Positions 28,670-42,309 are shown, numbered from the stretch's first letter. The stretch is DNA of 64,000 nucleotides from the human T2T-CHM13v2.0 reference genome, Homo sapiens (GCF_009914755.1 NC_060933.1), one strand, 5' to 3'. Numbers and translations: made by a program. The notes: generated from the sequence alone by a model not told the origin.

Positions 28670-28802
28670 GATTTTAAAAAAGACAAAATGCTGGAATCCA
28701 TTTCTATAGATTCTGATTTAACCTGGGGCAAGGTCTGGGAATCTGTATTCCTAGAAATTTCCCCAGGGGTTCCTGAGGAGTTGTAAGATGTGGAAACCAC
28801 TG
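28670..28802. mobile_element. MER5A-like fragment
   Basis: agattctgatttaacctggggc...ggaatctgtatt...gaaaccactg. Confidence 0.65.
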
Positions 28803-29059
28803 TTGGATTGAAGGAAGGCCTGGTGTGGGGGTCAGGCTGCCTGCATCCGGTCTTGGCATCACCACCAACTCCTGGGGCCTCACTTTCTCCATTCATACAA
28901 TAAAGAGACTGGTTTAGAATAGATGATCTCAAAAAAATCTCTGCAAATCCTTACATTCTATATGATCTTTTAAAAGTTGCCCATACAGGGCTGGGCTTTG
29001 CAGAGCTCTGGTCCCTAAAGGCTCTAGAACAAAGAGAACCTTGATAAAAGTGTCGGAGC

Positions 29060-30430
29060 TGATGTTGTTGGTTGTATTCTCAACATCTGTTCTCTCTTCC
29101 CCCCACCTAATAAAATTCCAGTTTTGTGCTGATATCCCTTCCTCTCCCATGCAGTCATGTGCTTGGGAGGAAATGGACGTGCCTTTATTATATAAGCCAA
29201 TCAGAATAATTCCATTTTCCCAGTCGTGGTGCTTGATCATGGGCATGTGACACATTTCTGGCCAAAGAAAATTGAGGGAAGGTTTGTTAGGGGCTTCTGG
29301 GAAAGGAGGGTCCTCGCTGTTCTGGAGAGCTTCTGGAAGTGACCCTCTCTCTATCAATGGATGTAAACAGGGAAGCCGACAGCCCTGATTCTCTTGGCAG
29401 CCATCTTGCAACCAGCTTTCTGATGCAGCTCACTGTTGACTGCAGTGCAGAATGATAGCCCATCAGTCAGGATGATTCCCATTGGCTGCTTAACAAACAA
29501 ACCCCAAATCTCAATGCCTTACAACAGGGTTTATTACTTGATCTTGTAAACCCCAACTAGGAGTCTGGAAAAAAACTTGCACGAGGTTCTAGTGAATGGT
29601 GTTCCCCCAAGACTAATATGCTCAAGTTCTAATCCCCAGAGCTTCAGAAAGTGAGGTATTGGAGATACGGTCTTTAAAGGGGTGATTAAGTTAGTATGAG
29701 GCCATTAGGGTAGGCCCTGATCCAGTCTGACTGGTGTCCTTCTAAGAAGAGGAAATTATGACACACAAAGAGACACCAGGGACATACACACACAGAGGAA
29801 AAGACTCTGAGGACAAAGCGAGAAGGTAGCCATGTGCAAGACAAGGCAAAACCAAACTGCAGACGTTTTGATCTTTGGGCTTCTACCCTCCAGGCCACTA
29901 GGGAAGAAATGTGTTATTTAAACCACACAGTCTGTGGTATTTTGTTATGGCAGCCCTGGCAACCGAACACGTGGTAATTTAGGGCATTACCTTCCTCCAG
30001 ACGGGTGGTTCTGCAATCCCCTTGGACCTTGGGGTCCTCTGGATCTGGTTGGCAGATGAGGGAAGGCACAATGGAGACGTGCGTGTGGGTGGTCTCTGCA
30101 CACCAGGCTTGGAGGTGATGCCCTTGTACCAACATTCTATTAGTTAGAACTGAGTCACATGGCCACATCTACCTGCAAGGGAGGCTGGTGCTCTGGAAGG
30201 TGTGTGCTCTGGAAAAAGAGGAAATCGGTTAGTGAGTATCCTATTTCCAACAGACAGAGAAAGCTCTTGAATATTTGATGGCAAGGCTGACCCTCCAAAT
30301 CCATCTACCCAGGAGTCTGCTGTACTTCTGACTTCCAGTTATGGGATCCAATCAATGTCCTCATTGCAGAGGCCAGCTTGGGCTGCTGTTCCCGTTCATT
30401 ACAGCTGAACACATCTTAACTGATGCAGGT
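29060..30430. mobile_element. Nested old LTR cluster (ERVL/MLT1 pieces) containing an MLT1B-like LTR at ~29590-29970 (+)
   Basis: tgaatggtgttccccc...gaggccattagggtaggccctgatccagtctgactggtgtcctt...tattttgttatggcagccc, flanked by other MaLR-like segments. Confidence 0.7.
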
Positions 30431-30826
30431 GCCAGCTTTCTCTTTCCTCCTCCTCCCCGCTGGCCAGAATTGCTTTCATGGCAACATTGCAGGACTAGGA
30501 GATGAGTTAGGGGCAGGGCTTTCGCTCGGAGTGAAAAGCAGACGTTGTCATTCTAGGTAAAGAGGATCTGGGCCCTTCTCTCCTGATGAAGTCGTGGGAC
30601 AGAGAGTGGTGTCCTGTAAGATGATTCTTAAATCTGATATTATAAGGCCAAACACATAGAACTTAATTGACCAATTTAAAACCTTATCTTCTATACCTGT
30701 ATATCTCTCTTCTACAAATCCCAATATCTGGCATGTCATAGTTAACAAATATTTGTAAAATGAATGAACAAATGAATAAATGAAGGCTTTCCTTGACTGC
30801 TTTCAACCCCATCTTCCACCTCATCT

Positions 30827-31149
<323 letters not shown>

Positions 31150-31704
31150 CACCTCCTCTTCTATTCCTCCCCTTCACATGTCCTCCACTCCTGCCAAATG
31201 GGTTATGTGTGTCCTGCTCACTAGGGTCTTTCTCTTTGTCTACATTCTTTCCTCTGCTTGGAGAGCCTTTCCTCTGTCTCTTTCTGGCCCAATCTTGCCT
31301 GTTCTCACCCCAGCGAAGGGGCCTGCTTTTCATGAACAGTGCCAGAGCCTTCCTACCACGCTCCATCTCTCCTTCCCCATCTCTGCCTCTTCCCTCTCCT
31401 ACGCCACTTGGGCAGTTCTGCAGGCTCTTGTGGTTCTTTGTGCTCTTTCTGCATGTGTCTGTTTCCTGTAGTAGAATGAAAACTCCTTGAGGGCAGGCAT
31501 GGCCAGATTCCCCACACATCCTACAGCCTAGGACCTTGTTCTTTGCAGAGGAGGGCTCAGTGACTGCTTCTTGGAATTGAAAGAAGCAGGTGGACTGACA
31601 TACCTCATCCTGTAGAAAATAACCAAATAGCCTGAGCTGCTGAATGCAATGTTTGCCATTTGAGCAGATGATTCCAAATGTCTTGCCTGCTCTCCTTTTC
31701 CTAT

Positions 31705-32350
31705 TAATTTTTTTTTACTGTGGTAAAAAGTATATAACATAGAATTTGTGGTTTTAACCATTTTTAAATATACAATTTAATGGCATTAAGTACATTCACA
31801 AAGTTGTACAACCATTATCTTTGTCTGTTTCCAGAACTTTAAAATCTTTTCCTACAGAAACTCTATATTCATCAAATGATGACTTCCCATTCTCCCCTCC
31901 TCCCAGCTCCTGGTAACCACCACCCCACCTTCTGTCTCTATGACTTTGACAACTCTAGATGCCTCATGTAAGTGGAATCATGCAGTATTTGTTCTTTTGT
32001 GTCTGACTTATTTTACTTAGAATAATGTTTTCAAGGTTCACCCATGTGGTAGCATATATCAGAATTTCCTTCCTTTTTAAGGCTGTATAGTATTCCAGTG
32101 TACGTATATACTACATTTTGTTCATCCATTTGTCCATTTGTACACACTTGGGTTGTGTCCGCCTTTTGGATATTGTGAAGAATGCTGCTATAAACACTGG
32201 CATACAAGTATCTGTTTGAGTCCTGCTTTCAATTCTTTTGGGTAAACACCTAGGAGTGGAATTGCTGGATCATACGGTAAGTCTTCTGAACTTCTTAGGG
32301 AAGTGCCATACTGTTTTCCATAGCAGCGACACCATTTCACATTCCCACCA
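31705..32350 (-). mobile_element. L1MB-like 3' end
   Basis: tgtggtaaaaagtatataacatagaattt...ggcattaagtacattcaca...ggaattgctggatcatacggta. Confidence 0.88.
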
Positions 32351-32429
32351 TCCCTTTCCTATTTTTAGGCCAGAATTCATCCTCTGCCACAGCTCTCCAG
32401 AATCTCCCATTCATCTACACTCCCCAAAC

Positions 32430-33320
32430 AGCCACCCTGTGTACAAAGCGGATGCGCCTGTCCCACTTATTAGAGAAAAGAAGTTGCATTAATAGTTTAA
32501 AGTGTGGTGTTATAGCTGGCTCTGGCAGCAGGTGATTGATGGCTTCCATTACACCCCATTAGATATTTTATTCTTGTTAAATGAAGAGCAGCCAACTTTG
32601 TCAAGTATTTTTAGTTCCCTCTGGTCTTATTGGTCCGATCTATTCTTCAGGATGGCCTGTAAATGGCCACATATGGCTGCGTGTCTGCAGGACGGATGGC
32701 CGTGCAGCTGGTGTTCATTGGCCACCAATTTACCCCGGCCCCCTTCATTGTGAGCCTGACAGCGCCGGGAAGCCTTGTAGATCTAACCAAATATATCTAT
32801 TTTCTAATTGTCTATTTATCACCTTCTGGGGATTTGTGGGCCTCCCATCTGAAGGCAAAGGGGGGATGGCCTTGAACAATGATCCTTGTCAAGGCTCTCG
32901 CTCGCTCTAAATTAGGGCCTAGTTGCTAAATAACTAATTTAGTCCTGCTATCAAGCTGAAAAAGTGGGTATTCAGCGCAAAGTGCCAGCTGGGGAATTGA
33001 TTATGTCTTCTCTCAGCGAGTGTGATAAACCTGCTGCCGAGCCACTGCGGAAGGCCGGAGACGGCTCCCCGGGGGCGGCGGCATTTCATAACGGAGAATT
33101 GGCAGAGGGGCCAGGTTCACTCCCTGCGTGGCAGCTGAAGTCTGGGGCACCAGGTCTGCCCGCCACGGCGCCCATGGGAGTCTTCCCTCACGGCACCCCC
33201 CTGGTTGGTGGCTTCTGCTTAGAGCTGTGGGGACGTGCGCATCTGTCAGAGAAGGGGACGAAGGTGAGAACCGGGGAGGGGAGAGGAAGGTCATCCTGAC
33301 AGCCCCAATTTCCAATTAGA
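32430..33320. promoter_or_regulatory. Candidate developmental enhancer / conserved non-coding element
   Basis: No recognisable repeat. TGATTGATGG (32533-32542), CATTGT+TGACAG (32746-32762), AACAATG (32875-32881), multiple TAAT/ATTA cores, CpG-enriched right half. Confidence 0.55.
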
Positions 33321-33846
33321 GTGAGATTATTGAAGGTGGCCCAGGCTCAGGGTGGGGGAAGTGGCAGGAAATAAATGGGAATAGGAGGTACTTAGGAAAA
33401 TGTATTAGTAACAACTCCCAGATTCTGAGCAGAGAAGGAGGGGTAGCTGAAAATAGAGAGTTAAGGTTTACTGCTTGAGAAATCTAATCATGACAACAAC
33501 AACCCTTATTTACTCAGCCCTCCCCTCCACCAGGCACCGGGCCAGCCACCTCCAGACCCGGGATCTCCTGGAATCCTCTCAATATCCAGGCAGATTGGGG
33601 TTTCCACCCCAATTTGTACTTGGAGAAAAGGAATTTCAGAAACTTCACCTAATCAACTCGTCTAAGGCTGAACTCTGCCTGGAAATATCTTCCTCACTCA
33701 AAATCTTTTAATGCCTCCATCATTCCTTTGTTCAACTGATTTTCATCACATGCTCTTCTGAATGCTAAGGGCTGGGGCAGTGAATTGGGCAGACAAGGCC
33801 CTGCCTTCATGGACCTGGTGTTCTAGTGGGGGAGGCAGACCAAGCC

Positions 33847-34640
33847 AGTGGTTCTCAACACAGTTGGACCCTGTGGAGAAATAAAAGGAAAGAAATTTTT
33901 AAAAATATGGATTTCAATATGCAAATGTTTGGTCGTAACTACATGAGAAAGCACGGTGAAGAACTCAGGCATTTACACTTATTTATATTGAGTGTTTGAA
34001 TGTAAGAAGAAAGATAATATCCTACGGAATGTTGATGACATTTTCTCTTTATCTTTGACATTTTGAAATAAGGGCTAAAAAAAGTACATTGGTAAATATA
34101 CTTAGAATTGCCTTCAATGTGACAGACACAGATGCAGACCGATAGAGGGAGAGAATCAGTGACTCAAATACCATGGTATTTCTTCATTTTCTGAAATGAC
34201 AAAACTCTGAGTTGAAGGAAGTAAAATAATCTTAAAAAAAAAAAAAAAAGAAAAAGAAAAACTGAGCCAGGCAGGGTGGCATGCACCTGTAGATCCACTA
34301 CTCAGGAGGTTGAAACAGGAGGATCACTAGAGGCTAGGAGTTTAAGATCAGCATGGACAGCATAGCAAGACCCGTCTCTAGAAAACAAAACAGAACGAAA
34401 CTAAAAAACTAAATGTTGGTTACATTCCTGGAAAAGTCAGTGTAAATTGAACACAATCCATGCCTTGCAGGATGTCTAGTATCCCAGTCGCCCTCTCCCT
34501 CCCAATCACTGTAACAGCCAAAATACAACTGAACAAACAAGAAAATAATGACACAGTGACTACAATGATCAAAACAAAACTGGCTGACAGGATTGAGAGA
34601 AGACAAGGGGCTACAGTGCATTGAGAAGTCAAAGTTTCTG
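33847..34640. mobile_element. hAT-Charlie-like relic interrupted by FLAM (34266-34410, +)
   Basis: Starts cagtggttctcaac and ends with a decayed ttgagaa TIR. FLAM gccaggcagggtggcatgcacctgtag...gaccc. Confidence 0.55.
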
Positions 34641-34959
34641 AATTGTGTTACGTGGTCCATTTAAACCCAGATGCTCCTGGGGAGGAAAAGACATAAGCAT
34701 CCTTTGGAGTATTCATTTCTCCATGATAAAAAAAAGGAAAGTCAGGAATCTGGTTGGTTTGGAAGCCCGGAAGACTTGGATTGGATGCTGCTCTACCAGC
34801 TACCAGGTGACCTTGGGCAACCCACTTTTTCTTTGTGAGCCTCAGTTTTCTCATCTGTCAAATGAGGAGAGTGATTATTACATTGTTTTCCCTTTAAGTT
34901 AATAAGAAATCCAAAGCGATGGGAACAAGTGCTTTAATCACCATAAAATTCAAAGTGGA

Positions 34960-35360
34960 CTTTGTATTTGTAATGGGAAAAATGAAAACTCAAAAGCCTC
35001 CAACAAAGGGAGTGGTTTTTAAAAAGCATGGCACAACCAATTCTACTGAACATTATGTAATCATTAAAATGATGTGAAATAATAGTTAATGCCATAGAAA
35101 GATGTTCATGGAGTGTTAGGTCAGAAAAGCAAGTTGCAAAATAATATGGAAAATATGAACGTATGATTGTAACCAAAAGAGTGAACAAATGAAACACCAG
35201 CCAACAACACAGAAAGAATTAGAAGAATTTATACCAAAAAAATAACTGAAGTCATCTCTGGGAATTAGAGTTGATTGTAGTGGTTTTTGCTCCTCTGTAA
35301 AATGAACTGTATCTTGTTTATAATAAGAGAAACAAGCCATGGACATAATTTTTAAGATGC
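34960..35360 (+). mobile_element. L1ME-like 3' end
   Basis: caacaaagggagtggttt...aaaagcaagttgcaaaataatatg. Confidence 0.6.
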
Positions 35361-35548
35361 TTGTCCCATGCTGACACCCTTGCTATAGTCACTGGCGCTG
35401 TGTCTCGGTGGGTGGCTAGTTTAGAACTAAAGCTTATCTTCTTTCTTGCAATTTTGCATGTGCAAAGATAAACAGTGTGGTCACTTGCTGTCCAGGGAAA
35501 GCTGTGTCCTCCCAAGGAGAGATTGGTTCTCTTTGTATATTACATTCT

Positions 35549-35926
35549 TGTATTAGTCTGTTTTCACACTGCTATAAAGAAATACCTGAGACTGGGTAAT
35601 TTATAAACAAAAGAGGTTTAACTGACTCACAGTTCTGTATGGCTGGGGAGGCCTCAGGAAACTTGCAATCATGACGGAAGGGGAAGAATATCTTACATGG
35701 TGGCAGGTGAGAGAGAGAGAGAGAATGTGAAGGAAGAACTGTTAAACACTTATAAAACCATCAGATCGCATGAGAACTCACTCACTATTATGAGAACAGC
35801 GTGGGGGAAACTGCCCCCATGATCCCTTCACCTCCTCTCAGGTCCCTCCCTCAACTCCTCGGGATTACAATTCAGATTACAATTCAAGATGAGATTTGGG
35901 TGGGGACACAGAGCCAAACCATATCA
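35549..35926 (-). mobile_element. THE1D/MSTA-like solo LTR
   Basis: tgtattagtctgttttcacactgctataaag...gagccaaaccatatca; TSD attct/gttct. Confidence 0.92.
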
Positions 35927-36719
35927 GTTCTCTACCCTCAGCATATGGGTCACCTGGCTCCAGGTTCTTACTGGCAGTGTGTAAGATATACTGGTTTCTG
36001 GGCTAAGAACTATTATTTTAATCCACATGACACCCTATGAGGCAGGCATTATCATCCCAATTTTATAGGCACAAAAGTGAAGCCCAGAAGGATTAAATGA
36101 CTTGCTACTGATCATGTGTCTTCTAAGTAGAAGAACAAAGATTTAAACTGGGATGTCTAACTCCAAAGCTAGCTCTGAGTCACTGGGCAAAAGTTTGTAA
36201 CCACCAGGGAGACTAATTATTGGCTGGGTTTTCATGTCTCTATAAATGCTGTTGAAAAATATCTAGAGCTTTAATCTCCTCATGGCTAAATGCACATAAA
36301 CACCCACCTCACGGCCTGGCTGGGAGACTTAGCAGGGTGGCAGCAGAGAAGCCTTGGTGCACTGTTTGTACAGACGTTGCACCAGGTCAACGTGGCTTCC
36401 TTTCCCTGGCTGGGGACTGGGTAGGGATTACAGCCCTTACCACTGGGCTCTCTCTCTGCCCAAACTGGAATCCAGTACATGGATAGGTCAGTCAGGAGAG
36501 ATTCCAATGAAGGACACTGAGGACCCTCAAGGGCAGCCCTCCATAAACCTCAACCTGGGAGAGGGGCTCTTGAATTTAGCCAAAGACTTCAACTTTCAAC
36601 TTCATCCACTCACCCATTATGTCCCAAAAAAGAGGGATTTACCTTCCATTCACGTCCTTACCAAATCCCTCCTGTTACAGACCTTACTCTCAATCACTTA
36701 ATTTTGACCCACAAAGCAC

Positions 36720-37060
36720 TATTTGGGAACAGTGTATTAGTCCAAAGTAACTTCAATCGATCCTATGTTTCAAATGCTTATAAAGGTCACTTACCGGAGC
36801 AAAAATGGAGATGAAAACACGAAGCATAGATTTAGTCATTTTTCCTTATGATTGCAAGTGTTGGATGTTGTAAACAAGCCTTTTAACGATCCCTTTAAAA
36901 AACAATACACTAAGTGGTTCGTTTGCAGAGCTCGTGAATAGCGAATGGGTACTTGGGGCTAGGAGTATCATTTCCAGTGACAGCATCATCCACGATGCAA
37001 AACGTCCTGTATCTTAAATGACTTAGATGGAAGTGAAGATGATGTGCTCCGGAAAGCTGT
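36720..37060 (+). pseudogene. Decayed pogo/Tc2 (Kanga/POGK-like) DDE transposase fragment
   Basis: Manual translation across frameshifts: NAYKGHL, IDLVIFP, LQVLDVVNKPFNDPFKKQYTKW, EWVLGARSIISSDSII, CILNDLDGSEDDVL. Confidence 0.8.
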
Positions 37061-38495
37061 GCTAGATGATTCGAGAAGTGGCTTTTAGTGATGACAAGGA
37101 TACTAATGTCAAAGATGTACATGAGGAGTGAATACAATTGGTTCATGAATTAAATGTGAACATGGAAAAAAAGCAATGTTTCTAAATATACTTGTGATTA
37201 GCCAAAGAGTTTATATTCGTATTTTAACTTCTGTTTAACACATTAATTTATGACTACATTGGTGTGTTAATGTATTTCATGTGAGTGAATTTAAATGTAT
37301 GTATAACTGAAATTTTAAATTAATTAAATATTTTAAGTAGAACTTTGATTATCTCATCTATATTTTTAAAAGTTTATACATGCAAGTTGATCAAAAGCTT
37401 TGTTCTGGACCTTTCCATTGGGAAAAGGCAGATCTCTCTATGCTTGGGGTTGTCACATGGTTAGGCATGTTTACTGTAGGCCTACTATGTACCAGGTGTG
37501 GTACTAGCTGCACAGTGAGGGAGCCTGGGTGAAGGGGAAACCAGCTCAAACCACCACCTGGGTCTCCTGGGGCTTGTGTGGGAAGAGGCCTGATTGAACC
37601 CCTTCGTTTGCCTGACAGGGAGATTGCTGGGGCCTAAAGGGAGGTAAGCACTTGCCCAAGGTTACACAGAAGAAAACCCAAGTTCTTCAGCAAGGAAAAG
37701 AATGACAGCAAACTTCCAGGCATATCTGGTCTGGTAGCCAAAGACCATCTTTCTCAGATAGCAATGTCTCTACCTCTGAGCCTGAGCAGGGTCTAAAGAG
37801 AAGCAAAGAACAAACACATCCAAAAGAGAATATGTTTTTTTTTTCTGTGCAGAGGATGCCTCCAGTTGCTGGGGTAGGCTAGTGTTGAAAATGGAGTTGA
37901 CAACATCAAGTGGGGCTAACCATTTTTGCTCAATGCAGCCTAAAACAATTTTGAAAATCTATGTCCCTTCTTGAACATTTAAATTGATGTTTAGAATATT
38001 TTATAACAATTTAAAATAATTATAAAGGAAGTAATGTCTGGCATATAATAAATATAGACATTGTGAGATAAAACTCTTGCATTTCTGTTTTAAATGTGTC
38101 CAATAAAATACAGAGATCATAACAATTTGATACCCACAGTCATCCTTTTAAAAAATACACGAATGAGATCTTATTTAACAGTAGGAAATTGTATTTCCAA
38201 TCCACTTCCCCCACAGAATTTTATCCTAATGTAATGTATTTTTATGCTTGAAAGTCTTTTATTGATTTTCCTATCATACTTCTCCACAACAAAAAGATGT
38301 ATATAAATTGAACTTTTTATTTCCTGTGAATGCAAGCCTCTAAGTATTAAAAATTCTTTTGGATTGAGTTATCATTTCAACTATTAGTAATACAAACTTG
38401 ATTAAAATAAGATGGATGTACTGCAAATTTTAATGAATAATTATTAAACAGTTAAATTTTGTTGAGAATGTTTCTCTTAATAATATGGATGGGAT

Positions 38496-38629
38496 CAGAA
38501 TCTTGTCATACAGCCAGGAAGGCTGTGCACTACAAAACTCCAGAAAGTCATTCACATCGGCTATGATGTAAATAGCAACCCCTGGAGTATTGCAGTGGAC
38601 AACCTGCACTGCTGTTTGTGGAGGCCCTG
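38496..38629. mobile_element. MER91-like hAT-Tip100 MITE with internal hairpin
   Basis: Inverted arms 38520-38543 / 38582-38605 (20/24 match); ends ggccctg. Confidence 0.75.
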
Positions 38630-39453
38630 GATTTGGGGAGTCGTGGTTATAATGATTAAAGGTGACATTGAGAACAACATTTGTGGAATCGTCCCTTTAT
38701 TTGACCCCAAAAGTTTTGACTCAACAGGACAATGCACAGTAATAAGATTCAGTGTGAAAAAGACATAAAGTACAAAGAGGAGTCTCTTTGTACCATAAAA
38801 GAAGGTGATTACGGATGGGGAGGTGGGAGTAGAAAACTGGCATGATGTTTCTACCACAGGCAGATCAGTTTTAGGAAAGAGTTGATATGGAGGTTGAGAA
38901 CTAGGAAATTAATTCCTTTAAAGTTATCTGTGCTAGGAATCCCTTGGAAAGTATAGGACCGTGAACCTCTGGAACCACTCCACATCCAGGTGACAGCGAT
39001 GGTTGAGCTTTCCGCGGTGCTGACTGGACCGAAGGCTTCCCACCATTAATTAGCCAGAGCCTCTGCCCCTTGGTCTTGGCGGGCTCTCTCAGCCGAGACC
39101 CCAAATCCACAGAGCCCACCACAAAGCCCGACCCTAATTGAGGGCCTGGTAGATACCACACCCCAGACTAAGGAAGAGCATAATACTAGTGCCCTCTTGT
39201 TTAGAAGTAATTGCCAAGCAATAGTCTCAGCATTTTACTAAACTCATTTAATCCTCCCTGAAAAACATAAGATAGGTACTATTATAACCATTCTGCAGAT
39301 GACGAAACAGAGGCCAGCAGATATTAAATAACTTGCCCAAAGTCAAACAAGTGTATGTGGAGAAGGAGGCTTCCAAACCAAGCCTGGGTCAGCTTAGCTC
39401 TGAAGCTTGAGCCACTTTCTATCTCACCACGTCCCTTTAAAACAGGATGGAGA

Positions 39454-39757
39454 GGCGGGGCGCGGTGGCTCACGCCTGTAATCCCAGCACTTTGGGAGGC
39501 CAAGGCTGGCAGATCACGAGGTCAAGAGATCGAGACCATCCTGGCCAACATGGTGAAACCTCATCTCTACTAAAAATACAAAAATTAGCTGGGCGTGGTG
39601 GTGCATGCCTATAGTCGTAACTACTCAGGAGGCTGAGGCAGGAGAATCGCTTGAACCTGGGAGGCGGAGGTTGCAGTGAATCTAGATCACACCACTGCAC
39701 TCCAGCCTGGTGACATAGTGAGACTCTGTCTCGAAACAAAACAAAATGAAACAAACA
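39454..39757 (+). mobile_element. AluSc-like
   Basis: gatcacgaggtcaagagatcgagaccatcctggccaac; TSD aaaacaggat(g/t)gaga. Confidence 0.93.
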
Positions 39758-39843
39758 AAACAGGATTGAGAATGAAGCTACTGTATTTATGGGCCTACTA
39801 CGAGCCAGGTACTTTGCACATCGTCAAATTTAAATCCCACTCA

Positions 39844-40467
<624 letters not shown>

Positions 40468-41469
40468 CTACAATTCTGGAAGGTAAATCCTATGATCTTC
40501 TTGTTACAGATGAGGAAAATGAAGCCCAGGGTGGTAAGGAGTAGAACTGGAGTTTGACCCTGGGTCCATCCATCACCAAAGAGAAGCCTCTCTCCCCTCC
40601 AGCCCTCCAGGAACTCCAAGCCCATGACTGAGCACAGTCCAGTACCCTTTACTACAAGTCCTTTGGTAGATGCTATCCTGGGTTTCCTTAGGAAGAATAG
40701 GCATATAAAGGCAATAAAGCTACTGCTGGAAAATTTGGCCTTTCAGTCCATTTGGCCCGGCGCCATATTTCACACAACTATTTCATTTCAAGAATGCTCT
40801 GGGCCCTGGCCATCTGCCAGGTACTCAGCTAGGTGCTGCGAAAGGCATTGGGGATGAAGAAAAGGCGGCCCCTGACCTCAGTTGCTGCCACTTGACATAC
40901 AGGCACATGTAATATTCCAGAAAGACACTGGTCAACATGGAGCCATGGACGTTAGAGGAAGGAGGTATGGATCCTGATGAGAGAATGGAGAAGGAGCCAT
41001 GAGCATGCCAGAATCTGAACTAGGAGGTCGCTGTTTAGTTGATTTAGTCAAAACAGGCAGTTTAATCTGAAGGATCTAAAGAACTGTGACCATGTGTTCT
41101 TAGCAGGGGCATGCACTGCCTGAGCCTGTCTAGACCTCTGCTGATTGGGCAAGTCCTAGGTCATGTCTATTCAGAGCTTGAAGCTTAATAGTTTATTGGG
41201 CAATAAACTATACTTTAGAGTCTAAAGTATGGCAACTGTCGCTAAAAACAGCCCAGAGAAAATGGAAACACAACTTCCCTTGATCCACATGTGGCATTCA
41301 TGCAGCATAAGGACCCGTACCCACTTAGCTGTGTGGTCTTGGGCAAGTCACTCACCCTCCCTGGACCTGAGGTTTCTCATCTATAGAAAAAGGGCATGGA
41401 AGGGATGATTTCTCAGGGACTTTATACTTCCAAAGTCCTGTGCTTCAAATGCCACAGTAAATTTAGAAG

Positions 41470-42060
41470 ATTTGTGGAGCTGCAGCCCATCTGATATTCT
41501 CCCCAACTTGACCTTTTCTTAAATTCATTTCATTAATTCTCTTATTCATAAGAATGCATTTTCATTTCATGCTTCCTATGTTTAGTGCTTTCTCCTGATG
41601 ATGCTTCTCTTCCCCGGTATAATTTTTTGTTCCATTAATTTCCAAGGACCATTTTGCCAGATCAGAGTGTTAAGAATCATTCACACCTCTTCCATTTGTC
41701 TAACCAACCGCTCATCCATTTCTCTCCAGAAATAATTGTATATGGTTCAATAAGTTTATTGTTCAAATCTGTTTACACTTCAGGATGCATCTCATCAGGA
41801 TTTGCTGTAAAGGGTGGAAGCCAGCTTCCAATGATCATTATTATATCTATTTCTCCAAGTTTTTCAAATATTCATTTTCTTCATCCTCAGGAGCTGCTTT
41901 TTCCTCTGTTTATTTTTCTTTCATAGTGAAGGCAGACTTTTCTTTAAAAGCACCCATTCTTTTAGATATTTATTGGCCTCTGTTTCTCTGACTCAGCTGG
42001 GTGGGATGCTGGGATTTTTCTGTTTCCAGCATGACTCTATCTTGATTCTGAAAAGTTCCC
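41470..42060 (-). mobile_element. CR1/L3 ORF2 (reverse transcriptase) relic
   Basis: Minus strand reads EYLKNL...ANPDEMHPEV*TDLNNKLIEPYTIISGEKW...KWKR, resembling the CR1 RT 'GPDxIHPRVLKELAxxIAEPLxIIFxxSW..DWKRANV' pattern. Confidence 0.7.
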
Positions 42061-42309
42061 TATGAAGGGCTCACTGGGCCTTTGTGACTCTATCAGGTTG
42101 TGGACCCAGTGGGCAGGGGACATCTGAGAAAGGAGAGAGGGGAGAGAAGAAAGAAAGAGAAGCGGAAATGGAAGCCTGGAAATGGAAGCAAGAACAGAAG
42201 TGAGATTTTATAAGTGGTGATGTTGCCCAGACTCAGGACAGAAGGCAAACAAGCTACCAAACTAGACCCAGGTCTGCCTGCTCCTGGACTCTCCCAGGGG
42301 TGCACTGGT

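Noticed and set aside
32964-33315. Overlapping GC-rich ORFs (111 aa +, 100 aa -)
   Set aside because: No recognisable domain or splice context; ORFs of this size are expected in GC-rich DNA.
37880-38490. AT-rich block resembling a DNA-transposon interior
   Set aside because: Family and termini could not be established, so it is not listed as a feature.
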